Part shown: positions 41,501-54,919 of the stretch, one piece after another | Layout of the letters: every line of letters begins with the position of its first letter | Numbering within the stretch: the stretch's first letter is position 1 | Assembly: GCA_964276515.1 (NCBI GenBank) | Contig: OZ193909.1 | Span: forward strand, 2,852,001-2,916,000 | Direction: 5' to 3' | Source of the DNA: Gordius albopunctatus | Taxonomy: Eukaryota | Length of the DNA stretch: 64,000 nucleotides | Position numbers and translations under genes: made by a program | The notes under the pieces: generated by a model | Told to the model about the DNA's origin: nothing | Seen by the model: only the letters and a program-made list of their open reading frames with translations | The model's database searches: none

Positions 41501-44500
41501 CACTAGTGTATTAAGAAACGTAGCCATTTTAAGTAGAGTTTTTTTTAAAGTGTGCTCACTTGTGCAATAGCTGAGGAAGAAAACATATTGAAAGCATTGT
41601 AGAATTAATTAATTATATTTCCAAGAGTAAGTTCAATATTTAATGATTTACTAGTTAAAGTTAATAATACTCGCCAAATCCAGGAGCCTAAAAACCTAAA
41701 TAGTTTCCAGCTGTTCGGTAGTTTAATATATTATAATTCAATGATTGCAATAATAAAACGGGCCTTTTTGCACTAGAGGCGCGACAATTTTACAACTAGA
41801 GTTAAGTTAAACTTACAAAGCGTTTTTGGCGTGCTCAGCATCAATCACTTTTTTCTTTTTGTTCTTCTTATTTTTCTTTTTCTTGCTACGCCCCGTGTCG
41901 ACATCTTCGGAATTTTCAATTTCATTCGTATTATTTCGTTCGTCTCCGGGGACGTGGGCATCGGACTGAGGAAGCCCCGTTTCTTCTGGATCTTTATCCG
42001 TATTCGCCAAACTCTTCAAATATTCTAAGAGAAAGGATTGCCAAAAAATGAGTAACACATTGCGCAAACGGGTGCCGTTAGGTTCAACTAAAAACTAACG
42101 GTCGAATCGGTCTCTTTTCCATATTTCGACTAAGAAATGTTTAGTCGACTAAAAGCAAAGGTCGCGACCAAACAACCGTTTTTCCACTAGCACAAACCAT
42201 AATGATTTAAGGTAAAGGTTAAACTGATCTCTATTCGGAAACCATTTATAATATTTGGACTCAAGTCTTTAAGGTGGTTTTTTAACACAAAACGACCAAA
42301 ATAATTCGCCTAAACGCTAAGGGTGTTTTTTCTGTAAAAAGCCCAACGCCAAGGGCGAACCAAAAAAATTCACACAACACCAAAAGGATTAGGCGTAATT
42401 TATACGCCAATTACCAAGCTTGTCAACACGCTGGGAAAAACCAGCCAGCTGTTTTTACAACACTACCCTTTATGCCTAACGACCTTCAATCGTTCTCACC
42501 GTAATTGACGGCGGGGTTATTTTGGAGGTTAGCCTTGTGCCGGTTTTCGATCATGACCCGCAAATTGGCCTTATCAACGTCACCTTCGTGGTGCGAATGG
42601 GGAGAGTTATTGGTGGTGTAGCTAAAGTATCGACCCTGATGCTTGGTCCCGGGTGAGCGTCGGGCGTCGCTCTGGTTGTTGTGCCAGGGCTGGGGCGATT
42701 GGGAATGGGAGGGATTGGAAGGGCTGGATCCACCCCCACCCCCCGGACTGTTTCTCCTTCTACCCCCACCACCGCCCCTCCAACGCCCGCCACCAACTTG
42801 TCTCCTGGAATAATCTGGATGCGGAGGAGTAATTTATAATATAACTTAATAGAATAAGAGATTGAATCAAAAGTACCAGTATTAATTGAAACAATATATT
42901 AATTATCACGTATTTTTTAAGATAGCTGTTGAAAAGATGCTAAACGCGGGGAAAATCATTATAGGAATAATTTAGTTTGTTAGGAGCAAATTTAGTACTA
43001 TAAGCTCTGGATAATACATTTTTTCTGGGGGAATTAAATGATTCGAAAAAACAGTAAAAGATTTAAAACTAGGTGACCTCAAATAAACATTAAAACGCAA
43101 ACACAATAAATTTTTCTATAAATTAGTATAATCCATAATTTTCTCAACGTCTTTGACAGCCTTTAAATACAACCCCGCAAAATGGAATTTCTTCAGCCTG
43201 AGCAACACTTTTTTGAAATGTAAATTTATAAAAAAAATTATTAATACCCACCCACACCTTTCATTTAACACAAAAATATTTTGTCTCTCCTAAAAAGTCT
43301 ACTCAACAAGAGAATTAGTAATAAGTTTGGAAAAATCTTTTAGCTAGATTTTGTCTCGAACCTGGTCAAGATTAATTTTAAATTTTTGGCCCGAATCAGG
43401 CCCGCGCAGGGCTTTACCTTTACACCTATACCAAACTTTTTGTCTCGAGTATGAGTTGATGATTTTAGAAATCGCATTAGCAATAAATTCCAGAGTAACT
43501 TCGATTAAAAAAGACGTTTACGGGCCTCACACACTATACTAGCTTTCGTCAAACTAATAATGGAAAAATGGTTTTAAAAAAGGAGGAATTTAAAAGTAAA
43601 TTTTACATCCGCGATGAGCACTCCTGTGCCTGGGACGCGAAGGAGAGCGTGAATAAGATCTCCTCCGCTGTTTCTTCCTCTTTCTGCCCTTGCCACTGGA
43701 ACCGCTCCGACTACGCGAAGAACGAGCGGTACTTGAAGACCGGACCGAGCTGGGCGTACTCAGGGTGGATCGACCGGAAGAGGGTGAACGAGAAGTAGAT
43801 AGTCTACATGAGATTGGACAAACGTATATTTTGTTTTTGCGGTTAAAAAGTGTATTTTAACGAAAACAAGGTTACATATGTATAAGCGTAACAGTGACAT
43901 TCCATGACAAATTGCCACGTTTTCGGCCAATCCCCTCAGATTTTTATAAAGTTTGGTGGAAATGTTAAAACTAGTAAAATTATAGCACTTTTGGGGAACT
44001 ACTTTTCGAGTTATGGGCGCTGAAAGATCAAAAATCGAAAAAAGATATATTGGTTAAGTACAAAGATCTATATATCAATATTTACCAAAATAGGTCGGGA
44101 GTCGGCAAAAGATTTAAAGTTTCGTGCAACGAGAATCCCTAGTTGTTGCCTGGAAGTAAAAAGGACACGCTGGGTGTAATTAAAGAGGGTTCATCTAAAC
44201 TTAACTTCATTATAGCAATTGATTATCTTAATTTTATTGAGCTAGTAGTGCAAATTTTGGCGATATGATATTTAGTAACCCACAGTGCAAAAACAAAAAG
44301 CCTTATAAGGCAGGAATACAAGCTTGACTAAAACAGTGTTTTAAAACTTTTTTGAGTGCCCTTCCTATAGAAAGGAAGTATACTTATGGGGAGATAAACT
44401 TAATTTTGATATTGTTTAATCAAGCAAAACCTGACGTAGGGCAAGAGGTTGGACTTCTTTTGCACGGGGGTGGTTGACAAAAAACCACCGTAAGCCCGAC

Positions 44501-46853
44501 CCCGGTTATTTCGTCTCCACTTATTTTTGCGCCGCAATTGCTCGTAATAGGTGTGGGGCAACTTGTCGGACTTGGTGGGGAGATAGAGTGCTTTCTTGTG
44601 TGGTCCACCGCCTCCCATCGGGCCCATACGACCGAAACCCGACCCAGAGGAGGGTCTGTCCTCGTCGGTATAATCGCCTCGACGCGATTTATAGTCGTTA
44701 TCCCCCTCAGGCAAGGCGCTATAAAGTGGGCAACACAAATAGTCTTAGTGAAGATGCGAAGAAAATTGTACTGTTACAGGTTAGAGACAAATTTTAAGAG
44801 GTAATAAATTTCCTAAAATCACAAAATGGTTACAAAGTGAGGTTCTATATGTAGAACCGTATATGTATGCTCCTTAATATGAGGATTAATAAATTTTTGT
44901 GGTAGCGCGAGAATAAAACTAGTAGAAAATTGTTGCTTAATTGTGTATTATTGTCTTCTACAACCATTTTAAAAATCACAAATTAGGGGATAGGTAAATT
45001 ATGGAGCCAACTCTATAAAAATGTGATTTTAAATAAATATATTTCCACCAATTTAGGCCAATTAGAATGCTAAAATCAACGCTCGAATCACTTATTGTTT
45101 ATGAAAGGTCATATTCAATATTTTTTTATTTTGAGATTAAAAATTGGACATTTTTCAAAAAGTTGGAACTCTAATTTCAAATGTCTTTATTCTAAGGAAT
45201 TTTACTTATAAAATAGAGGTAGTTCCATTTAAAATAAACTTAAACTATTTGGCCAATGATTTTGCATTTATAAAGGTTAATAGTGTAAAAATATGAAAAG
45301 TATGACATAATTAAGGCGAAAAAACGTTTTTATTATAATATTTTAAAAATAAAACCAAAAATTTGTCAGGAGGCTTATCACATTTATTAAAACATTTTTA
45401 TAAATAAAAATATAAGTGTAGATAAAATACATGAAAAATACAAGTAGTTTAAGTTAGTGGAAAACTTTTTATATAAAATGCATTATAAAAAGCTAAAATC
45501 CCAATTGATTTGAAAGTTCAAAACTAACTATTTAACATTGAAAATTTTTACATTAACAAATTATTAAATGTTCCTATAGCATTTCCCATATTAAATATTA
45601 TAGCATACTTCCATAGCCAAAGAGTTGTGTTGCTATATCCTTTGTTACTTGTATCATAATCAAAACCACAAATAATTTATCATTACGATAAATAACAACT
45701 TTTTGCAGAAATTAATAATAACACTTAAACTTTACAAAATAATAATATTCAAGATAAAAACCACTTTAAAATAAATTTACTATTTAATTTGTTAGAACAA
45801 TACTTTTAGATTAAACAATAAAAAAATAAAGTGGTCACCATTAATAAACCACTTATTTAAACGCCTATAGATAGTTAGTCAACAAGGAATTCTATTTAGA
45901 AACAAATTGGTTATGCTAACCTTGGTTTATAGATAGGTTTGCAGGGTAGGGGTTCTTTTGTCCAATCTTTAGTCCATACACTACCATTTTGAAAAGCTTT
46001 TGCAATAACATCCTTCACAATACTCAGTTCATTTTCATTTTGCAAAATTGTCAAACATTTATTAACATATTCACGCAAAGCTGGTGGGTAATTGTCAGCA
46101 GATGGAACAGACGAGTCATTACTATATTTAGAATAAAAAAAACTCATTAAAACAAAAATATCATCATATTTACAGTATTAAATGAATTAGCTATTATATA
46201 CTTTGGCTTTGAGTTAGTCTCGGTGTTTAATGAATTAGCCCCATTTATTGTCGTAACTGTTATTAAACTGTTGTTACTAATTTTATCATCAGATGATTTA
46301 GAAACACTTGTTTTAGACAGGGAAGCTTTGAGCATCTTTATATTGAATTTCTTTATGGCAGTTCCAGAGTTAATGGATGAGTCAGCTATAAAATAAGGTT
46401 AAATAAAATTTTTTATTTTACTTATTGTATCATGGTAAAGATTGTCATTGTTTGTTGTAGAACTAGTAGTGGTTTCTATTAATTATATATTAGGGTGATT
46501 AAGTAAATACCTAAAGGATCAATATATAGTGATGGAGGCTGTAAATCAGATCTAGTCAAGCTTGGAACTTGATATGGCGGGTACATTGAAGGATAAGAAG
46601 AATAATAAGGATTCTTTTATAGTTAATATATGATAAAATTTAAACTTACATATACTGTTTGTTGATAAGGTGGATACATATATTGACCAGCAAGGGCGTA
46701 TGGTAATGCCTGCATGTAATTAAAGCCAGATGGATTTATTGAAGGTGTTTCTGCAGTTTTTTTAGCTTCTGCTGCCATTTTTTGGGCATTTTTGATATCT
46801 TCTAAGGCTTTTTGTGCCGCTGCCCATTCGGGTTTATCTATTGTGGCTGACAT
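38564..46853 (-). CDS. LENG8: LENG8 / THP3-like SAC3-GANP (PCI) family protein, about 16 coding exons
   Basis: Spliced frame: [34 protein letters not shown]-rich exons; [88 protein letters not shown]. Exons: 46853-46650, 46613-46511, 46475-46422, 46385-46202, 46121-45921, 44718-44431, 43803-43607, 42814-42500, 42024-41817, 41181-41019, 40785-40684, 40241-40107, 40038-39970, 39870-39738, 39193-38983, 38738-38564. Some boundaries in low-complexity exons are uncertain. Confidence 0.9.
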
Positions 46854-47289
46854 TTTATGAATTCTGCCAATTCAAATATACGTCTAGTTTGAGTCAATTT
46901 TTAAAAAATATCGAGTTTTTTAATGCTTGGTCGTAAAACTCGTAAAACCTTATTTCTTTTAAATGTTATGCAATTTATAGGCTCGCTTATTGTTGTCCGT
47001 TTATTCTTTAGATATTTAGAGATTATTTAATTTGTACATTTATTTTTGTATAGTAAGGATATATTTTTTATTGTAATAAACAATATGGATATTTTCACGC
47101 TTCTAAATTAAAGTTAAATTGTTTACTATTTTAGGCATTTTCACCCTCGTTTAAAAGGATCTCACACATTGGTTATTTTCTTTTATTATGACACATATAT
47201 GGATAAAGGGCTTATATCAGCTTCTGTAGAAATATTGAAACAATAAGAATATTTTTTGTTTAAAAAAGTTATAAAACCGTTACAAATAT

Positions 47290-47765
47290 TGCATTAAATT
47301 TCCAATAAATAACAGGCCGCTCCTCCACAAAAGACGCACACTTTATGTGAAAAATAAACTAAGGTTATTCCCCGACTCACATGGTAAGTGCGCTTATGGT
47401 CCCCAAAATGTGGGTATGTAACCAAAAGGCATATTCTTCGATTCCTTGGATAAGGAAATACAAGGAATTTGACAAGAAAAAAATCCAATAATGTAAGTGG
47501 ATTTTAATGCTCACCTAGGGTAAGATCGCTTCGAGTATGAACAAAATCATGGAGGCGATGAGCATAATCGAAAAACAAAGAAAGGGAATAACTTCTCCAG
47601 GTACTCTAAGCATACGACATCTCGATCATTAACACCTATTTTCAAAAACGCAAATATCATATTGTGACTTATCGAGGCTCATCGGCGAAAGGACTAATGG
47701 AGTATGAAATATTGCAAAGAAATACAGGGATAAATTCATCAGCCAGCATCGTCCACTTGTGATTC
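47290..47765 (+). mobile_element. Old RTE endonuclease-region fragment upstream of LENG8
   Basis: Recognisably similar to 34370-34450 and 34780-35190 (e.g. GATTTTAATGCTCAC, AATCATGGAGGC, ACCTATTTTCAAAA). Confidence 0.75.
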
Positions 47766-48645
47766 TGATCGAATAAATATATAATAGAACTATATTGATA
47801 AGGTCGTTGAGACAAGACCGAGAATTTTGTAAAACGAGACGAAATTGAGACTCTCATATTGACACCCGAGACGAGACAAGATTTTGCTTTCTAAACCGAG
47901 ACGAGATGAGATCGAAATACTAAGTAGCTCGGATCTCAAAAACAATAGCAATTGTAAAAATTATCCAATTTAAGGGAAATTTGAAGGCAGTTTTTCAATT
48001 AAATAAAGTTTGACAGCTCCCCCAAATCCTATTTCTTTTTGCTTGACGAACGAAAACGTGCCCCCTGGTTTTATAGGTCACACACTAAATTTTAGAAACA
48101 AAATAAAAACTTGCCCTTCTTAAATTGCTTTACAGTGTAGGTAGTGTCTGCATCCATATTAAAGGCCATAGTACATCCATGAAATATGAGATGAGTTGCA
48201 ATAAAACTGCTTCAAAGCGATATTTAAAAAAAAATTTAATCGACAGCTTGTAAAATTTATATGTTTGGACAAATTAAGAGTTCTCTTATAGATGAAGATT
48301 CATTTGTCTCTTAAAACAAATATCCTCGCGTACCATAGCATAACATATTGTTAATGGAACCAGCTTGAAATTTCAAACATTTTGACTAACCCGTAAAAAT
48401 ATAAACTGAAATATAAATTTGTTCCTAACCGATAAATTTACATCAGACTTGTGTTGTTTTGCATATAAAGATTTAATGGAAAATAATAAAAATTACAATT
48501 TGGTTTTAATTTATAATTTGTTTTATTTCTAATTTACATGATCATTTAACAGAATCCGAGTCAACTGAGAAACATACAACTGAACAAAAACGATGCTTTT
48601 AAAACATATGATATATGAACATACGATTCTAAAGTTAAATTTTCA

Positions 48646-48925
48646 TAATGTTATAACTTTTATAATAAATATAAAAAGCTATAAATAGCACAACATTAAA
48701 CTACTTGAAGATAATGGATGAAATAGTGAGATTAGGGCGTTTAGGTGAGATTAGGTGGTTTTAGTTCGGCTGACCGGTAGTTTGGTGAGATTAGGTTAAA
48801 TTTGCATAATGTTATAATTTTTATAATAAATATAAAAGCTATAAATAGCAAAGATAATGCATGAAATGGTGAGATTAGGTGCGTTTAGGTGAGATTAGGT
48901 GGTTGTTGTTCGGCTGACTGGTTGT
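48646..48925. repeat. Tandem duplication (about 160-bp period) containing repeated GTGAGATTAGG units
   Basis: 48646-48782 is repeated at 48806-48925. Confidence 0.8.
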
Positions 48926-50278
48926 CGGTTGACTTTAAAGCCATTTAACAACAGCAACATAAAGACGTGGTATCTCTCCACAAGGAATACATATGTACAT
49001 AATAATTAAATATCGTTAACAATAACGAAGTTATCATAATTCATATCACTACACATACAGTTTAATATGTAATGTATAAATTATAATACTCAAATAGAAT
49101 TTAATAAATTGTAAACAATATTTTTATAAACATCTTGTTAGACAAAATCAACATGAATTTCATAACCTTATAATCAGAGTCATTTTTGTACAGTTTAAAT
49201 TTTATAATAATTCTAGGATTGAATGATTAATATTCCCGCCCTAATTAGCTTTTTTGGTTGACATAACTCAAGCCTTGTTTGCAAAAATGTCTTTATGAAG
49301 CACTCCATTGTAGCTTCGAAGTAATCCGTAATCTCCATTTTTGACATAGGCCAAAGTTTAGTAATTTATTTTTCATAAAATTTTTTTCCCATTTAATACA
49401 ACCGTGGTCATTCACTAACTAATTAGCTTGGGTCTAGCCGGATGATTAGGATTAGTAAAGAAAGATTATGGTCGCCAAAAGTTATAACTTAAAAAAATGA
49501 AATTAAAAAAGAAAAACTATATGTTGCTTAAATTAAAATGTTGCAAGCTTAATTATACCTCTGCATATCGCCTTTAATATTAAAAAAATATACTTTTTAC
49601 ATTTGTCATAAATTAGATGTTAAAATCAACGTGACGCTAAACTATTATTCAGTTATTATAAACTTCACTTATAAAATCCCCTGTCATGACGCTGGATTTA
49701 AGCTACGCATTTTAATGAAACAAGCAGGTCATCTCTTGAGAAGTAAAACTTATATCACCATAGTAATGCATTTGGTTATATATCCTATATTATAGAATTG
49801 GGCAATTACTCCATAAATTTGCCAAGAAATATGGAAGCTGAAAAAGCTGACGGTATTTATATATAGTTATTATGTCTAGTGGTCAAATTTAGTTAATGTA
49901 TTAGTCTTGTCAAAGTATTGGTAAATAGGTTCGATTAAATTTGTTTCAGTAGACGCTTGTGTTTGATTGCTTAAGCCAGGATTATGCGTTGTTATTTATG
50001 TTGTACCCACGACATGATATGTTTAAATTAGTTTTGTTGTAATTTTGATTAAAAAAACTGTTAAAATTATAGAAAACTAATAATAGGAATTTTAATAAGA
50101 ATAATTTTATTGATCTAAGGCAGGGGTGTGGAAACTAAATAACAAAAGATAAATTATATGTAAATTACAAAATATATTTTTCTGCCAACTCGGATTTTGG
50201 CTTACAATATTAAACTATATAATTATAGCAATAATATAATCTGTAGACAATGATATACAAATATACGTATTAAGTACC

Positions 50279-50440
50279 CATGGGTGTAGCCTGGTTATGG
50301 ATTAGGGGGGGGAAGGCGAAACGTTTAAAAGTTCAATTAGGAGGGGGGGGGCGGCAATTATTTTTTTAATTTTTAAGGGTTTTTGCATTGAATTTTTTTT
50401 TCGTCATTTAGGGGGGGGGGGGGGAGCGGCTACGCTCCTG
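50279..50440. mobile_element. hAT-type MITE copy (subfamily shared with 53741)
   Basis: TIRs; TSD TAAGTACC/TAAATACC. Confidence 0.8.
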
Positions 50441-50502
50441 TAAATACCTAGATACCAGAGTCAACAATTTTTATAAACAAAAATTAAATATAAATTACCT
50501 AA

Positions 50503-51153
50503 GGAATTTTCGCGTTATACGTTTTACCTTATAACACCTTTTCTCCCATTTATTCCTTACAAGTATATATAAATTTATAAATATTCAGGAGAAATATGGT
50601 AAGACCAGCACGAAACCCTGTAACACCTACGGCGCAGCCTTTCCCAGCTTTAAACCCCCCTCCACATGAGGAAAGCTCATCCAGAGACGGCTCTCCAACC
50701 CCGTCGGGCATGGGGGAAGACCCCCCGGACATGACAGAAGTCCTAAGGGTCATAGCTGACCAAAATAGGAGGCATGAAAGCTTTCGATATCAGAAGTGAA
50801 CTCTGTGAAAAATATTTTTACAATCAGTCATCAAAAATTATTAACTTTAAATCACGATCGCATAGAGCTTGTTTCACAAAAACTAGAGACACTCTAAGAA
50901 AGCGATATTGAAACAATCTAAAAGCTATACGAAAATTTTAATTTCTCTCAATCTAAAACTTCACCCCGTGCAAAATTTCTTATCGAGATTCTAACAAGGA
51001 TACAATACTAACTAAACCCTTGCACGCACTATCATACGCGCCTATAAAAGGAAAACCGCCAATTAAACCAACGCTCTTTGGAATTTTCGCGTTATACGTT
51101 TTACCTTATAACACCTTTTCTCCCATTTATTCCTTACAAGTATATATAAATTT
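50503..51153 (+). repeat. Identical 74-bp direct repeats (50503-50576, 51080-51153) flanking a short Pro-rich ORF remnant
   Basis: GGAATTTTCGCGTTATACG..GTATATATAAATTT occurs twice. Confidence 0.85.
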
Positions 51154-52618
51154 TCGCCACCAGCTGTTTTATCTATTACACTTATCGACGCGCGCGCCAT
51201 TTTCCCCTTCTCCGCTTGATTCATGTCGCACCTCGCGCGTCGCTTATAACTTAGTATTTTGCTTTGCATTTTGCTTACCTGTAGTTGTTTGTTTATGAGT
51301 ATAGTACTAATAAACGCTGTGGGGGATAACAGGGCATGCCCTGTCGGAACCCACAGGTCCAATCATAGATGCCTAACAGCTATGATTGGATAATAATAAT
51401 AATAAGATAATATTCTCGCATTTTAGACTGTCAAATAAAATTTGTTTTAGATAAATGCTATTCTTAAAAGAATTATCATGCGATTATTATTCTAGATGAG
51501 GTAGGAGATATAAATCATTTCGCAATCCATACAGAATGCAAGCATCAATCTGTTGATTCCAAGTAAAAAACACTTGCGAAATTCAACAACGGAACTAATG
51601 CCATATTAGAAGGCTCTCAAAAAATCATATATTACCAAAAATATGTTATGTTGATTTTGGTAATCTCATATTTTTATATGAATTACCGCTAATGTATTTT
51701 AGAGGATTATTTTCATCTCTTATCTAATTTTTAAGTAATTTATAAAAAATTTAAAACTTTTTGTATATGATATATTTGCATTAAATATGAGATAATAGAT
51801 TCAAAGTGATTATTAGCATATCTACGGTTGATTTTATTGCTTGTACGACCAATTTGATCATTTTAACATGTAAAACAGTTAGTTATTATTATAAACGACA
51901 AAAAAATCGTACAGAAGAATAAATGTTTATTTAAATTGATTTTAAGCAGTGCCGTAGCTAGCCTTTTTGCCTTGGGGAGGGCCGAGCTTTAACTTCACAC
52001 AAGTGGGAAGGGGTCAAACGCAATTGAAAATTTTTTCCCCCATAAACGTTCGTCAAACTCAAAATTCCGTTACTGCTTTGTGAATTTTTTCTTTTAATAT
52101 AACTCTCGCTTTTATTTCTATGTAATCAAGTCCACGTCTCAGATCCCTCCTATGTTTATAGGGCATAAAATAAAAAAATATTAATAAATAAAACAAAGTA
52201 ATGTAGTTGAAACGATTATATCAAGACAATATAAAAAATTTACAAGGTATAGTAAGTTTTTGTACAAATGAATTCTAAGAGCACAAAGTAGAACCAGGAT
52301 ATTAACAAGAAAACTTTGATATTTTAAAAAATAATACAAATAGTAAAAAATTATACAACAAAGTTTTTATAAAAACCTTGTATTGCCACAACCCCAAAAA
52401 AATCTTGGCCATAAATATATAACAAATCTTAATTTTACATATGCGATATTTGTAGAATTTTCAGGCAGCAATTATATCGGGAAAACAATGAAATCATTTA
52501 AAAGCCTTTTTTAAGGTTAGATCTTCAAAAGGCGAAATTATAACATAAAATGTAAAAAAAATTGATTGTGAAATTAAATTGCGCTAATGCGAGAATGAGT
52601 ATTTAAAAATTACAAAGG

Positions 52619-53720
52619 TCTACAAAAAAATATCCCGCAATCTGACCAATAATTCTGATCGAGAATTTTGCTCTGAAAAATAATATGTTTTTAGTTTTTT
52701 TTACGATTACCAGCTTTTAAGATATATGAGTTTGAAAGTGCCAAAAATGCCCTTTTAAGGCTAAATTGCCATGGTATTTAAAAATAGCAATATATTCATG
52801 TAGATTAAAGTTTCATCGATAGGTCCATTAATTAATTTTTTTGTTACACCTCTATATTTAAATTTATCCGCGATTTTGTGAACCCCTCCCCCTTATCCAA
52901 ATTCGTTCCGCTATGTCTGGAAAAAGCATCTCTCTCTCCCTTTATCCATCGGAGAAAGAGAGGAGAGTAGAGAGATATGTGTTATTAAACATCGCGTACG
53001 TACGTACACGTAATATGAACTCTAATGTACTCCGTTTACCAGACATCGTGGGACAAATTTTGATAAGAAGAGAGGGTTTATGCAAACGCGTATAAATCTT
53101 AATATAAGGGTGATATAAAAAAATAAAATAATGGACCTTGTAGTGACATCAGCAGAAATAAGTAATCACACATTTGAATTTCTTTTCCTAGAAGATCGCA
53201 CGCTATGACGCTTGGAACTTATCGATTTATTATGTTCTTCTCAGAAGATCATAGAGATATTTAAGTCTTCCCAGAATAATAATCATCCTTCATGGAAGTG
53301 CATCGATTAATTAAATCTTCCAAGAATATTATCGATTTTTCCAATAATAATGATTATGTATTTTATCTAATATATAAACGCAATGTGTACGCAATTAAAA
53401 AGAGTCTCGTTTTTTTGTTCCACAGTTATATAATATCGGCGTTTGAATAAAACAAAGTAACTATCATTAAGCAATGTTACAACCTATAGATAAAACCTTA
53501 ATCTACATGAATATATTACTATTTTTCACTAAATATTAAAAATACCATGGCAATTTAGCCTTAAAAAGGCTTAAAAAGGGCATTTTTGGCTTTTCGTAGA
53601 AAAAAGCTAAAAATATATTATTTTTCACCGCAAAATTCTCTATAAGAATTATTTGTCAGATTGCGGGATACAATCACAAAGTCAATATTTGTAGAGCTGT
53701 GTTATTGTCCCTGGTGACAT
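52619..53720. mobile_element. Foldback (palindromic) DNA element; related copy at about 37367-37790
   Basis: 52630-52825 is inverted at 53482-53670 and 52825-52920 is inverted at 53035-53138. The same core occurs at 37540-37745. Confidence 0.7.
53139..53481 (+). mobile_element. Solo LTR inserted in the foldback element
   Basis: TGTA..TACA termini, 4-bp TSD ACCT, internal TATATAAA and AATAAA. It interrupts the palindrome precisely. Confidence 0.8.
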
Positions 53721-53740
53721 TATAGATTTATTTGCACAAA

Positions 53741-53880
53741 CATGGACGTAGCCAAGTTTTGGATTGGGGGGGGGCAAAACATTCAAAAGTTCAATTAGGA
53801 GGGTGGGAAAAACGTAATTTTTTTAAAAATTTTTAAGGGTTTTTGCATTGAAACGCCCCCCCCCCCTGGCTGCGCCCATT
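53741..53880. mobile_element. hAT-type MITE copy
   Basis: TIRs and a perfect 8-bp TSD TGCACAAA. Confidence 0.88.
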
Positions 53881-53959
53881 TGCACAAACCCTCTTCACAG
53901 AATTAAAAATTAAAATTAACTAACGGCTAAAATGATCCTTAAAAATATTGTTTCAAGAT

Positions 53960-54270
53960 TAAATGAATCAAAATTTTATATAATAATTTTAGAAGAAATT
54001 AGAGATGTGAGATGCAATGAACAAATTAGTGTTTGTGTACATTTTGTTGAATTCAATGACACACAAAGATTTTTAAGGATTTTTATCTCTTGAAAGTTTT
54101 GATGCACTAACAATTGCCAATAAAATTCAGGAATTTTTTATTAACATTTATTTAAAAGCAATATGTGCTGCTCAAACTTATGATGGAGTATCACTAATGA
54201 AGAGGAAAAAATGGTGTGCAAGCCACATTTCAAAAATTATTCGCTTTATATGTGCATGTGTTCCTAAAAA
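53960..54270 (+). mobile_element. hAT (ZMYM1-like) transposase relic
   Basis: ILEEIRDVRCNEQISVCVHFV..RFL/GFLSLESFDALTIANKI..CAAQTYDG, with frameshifts. Confidence 0.7.
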
Positions 54271-54919
54271 TATGCAAGAGATGCTAAAAAAATAAGCATG
54301 TGAGATGGACAAATAAATTAAATACATGATGGAATTTTCGAGAATTTAATAATATTCAAATATATTTTGAAAGTGTTAAAAAGTTCGAAACGAGTTTCAG
54401 AGCCCATATATTTCTTCATTAAATATTAAAATTAGTCTTTAGATAATAGCAGTTCATTACGCCTTTTACTCGATGTTGCAAATGAATTTATAATGTAATC
54501 CGGGGCAATAACATCTATAAAGTCATGTTCCAGCAAGCCAGTATTAAACTCCATGTGAGGTCAAATGGTGAACGCCAGGTAAGGTAACTATTTAAATAAG
54601 AAATAATATAATAAAATTAGAAATAATCAACTCATAATAAGATCCTTTTATTGATACTAAGGCCGGGGTGGGGAACTAGAGAAAAATATATTATTATTAG
54701 GATAACAATGAAAACATATGTTAATTACCAACTCGGATTTTGGTTACAATATTAAAATATATAATTATACCAATAATATAATCTGTAGTAGAAAATGATA
54801 TACAAATATACGTATTCACATATACAACATCATATATGACAGTAACTAAGATGAAAAAAGAGTGATTTTGTTGGTTCAAACTTGGAAGTGAAGAAAATGA
54901 ATGTTTTCATTCCATAGAT

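Larger units (their letters stand above)
50100..54817. repeat. Two dispersed copies of a repeat of about 175 bp (50100-50270 and 54640-54817)
   Basis: Shared TTTTATTGAT..CCAACTCGGATTTTGG..TGATATACAAATATACGTATT, with AATAAA on the minus strand. Confidence 0.75.

Noticed and set aside
42551..44804. Several alternative-frame and antisense ORFs (42551, 43568, 44420, 44474, 44538)
   Set aside because: These are shadows of GC-rich LENG8 exons.
48720..48900. TTAGG telomeric repeats
   Set aside because: TTAGG occurs only embedded in longer units, not as a tandem telomeric array.
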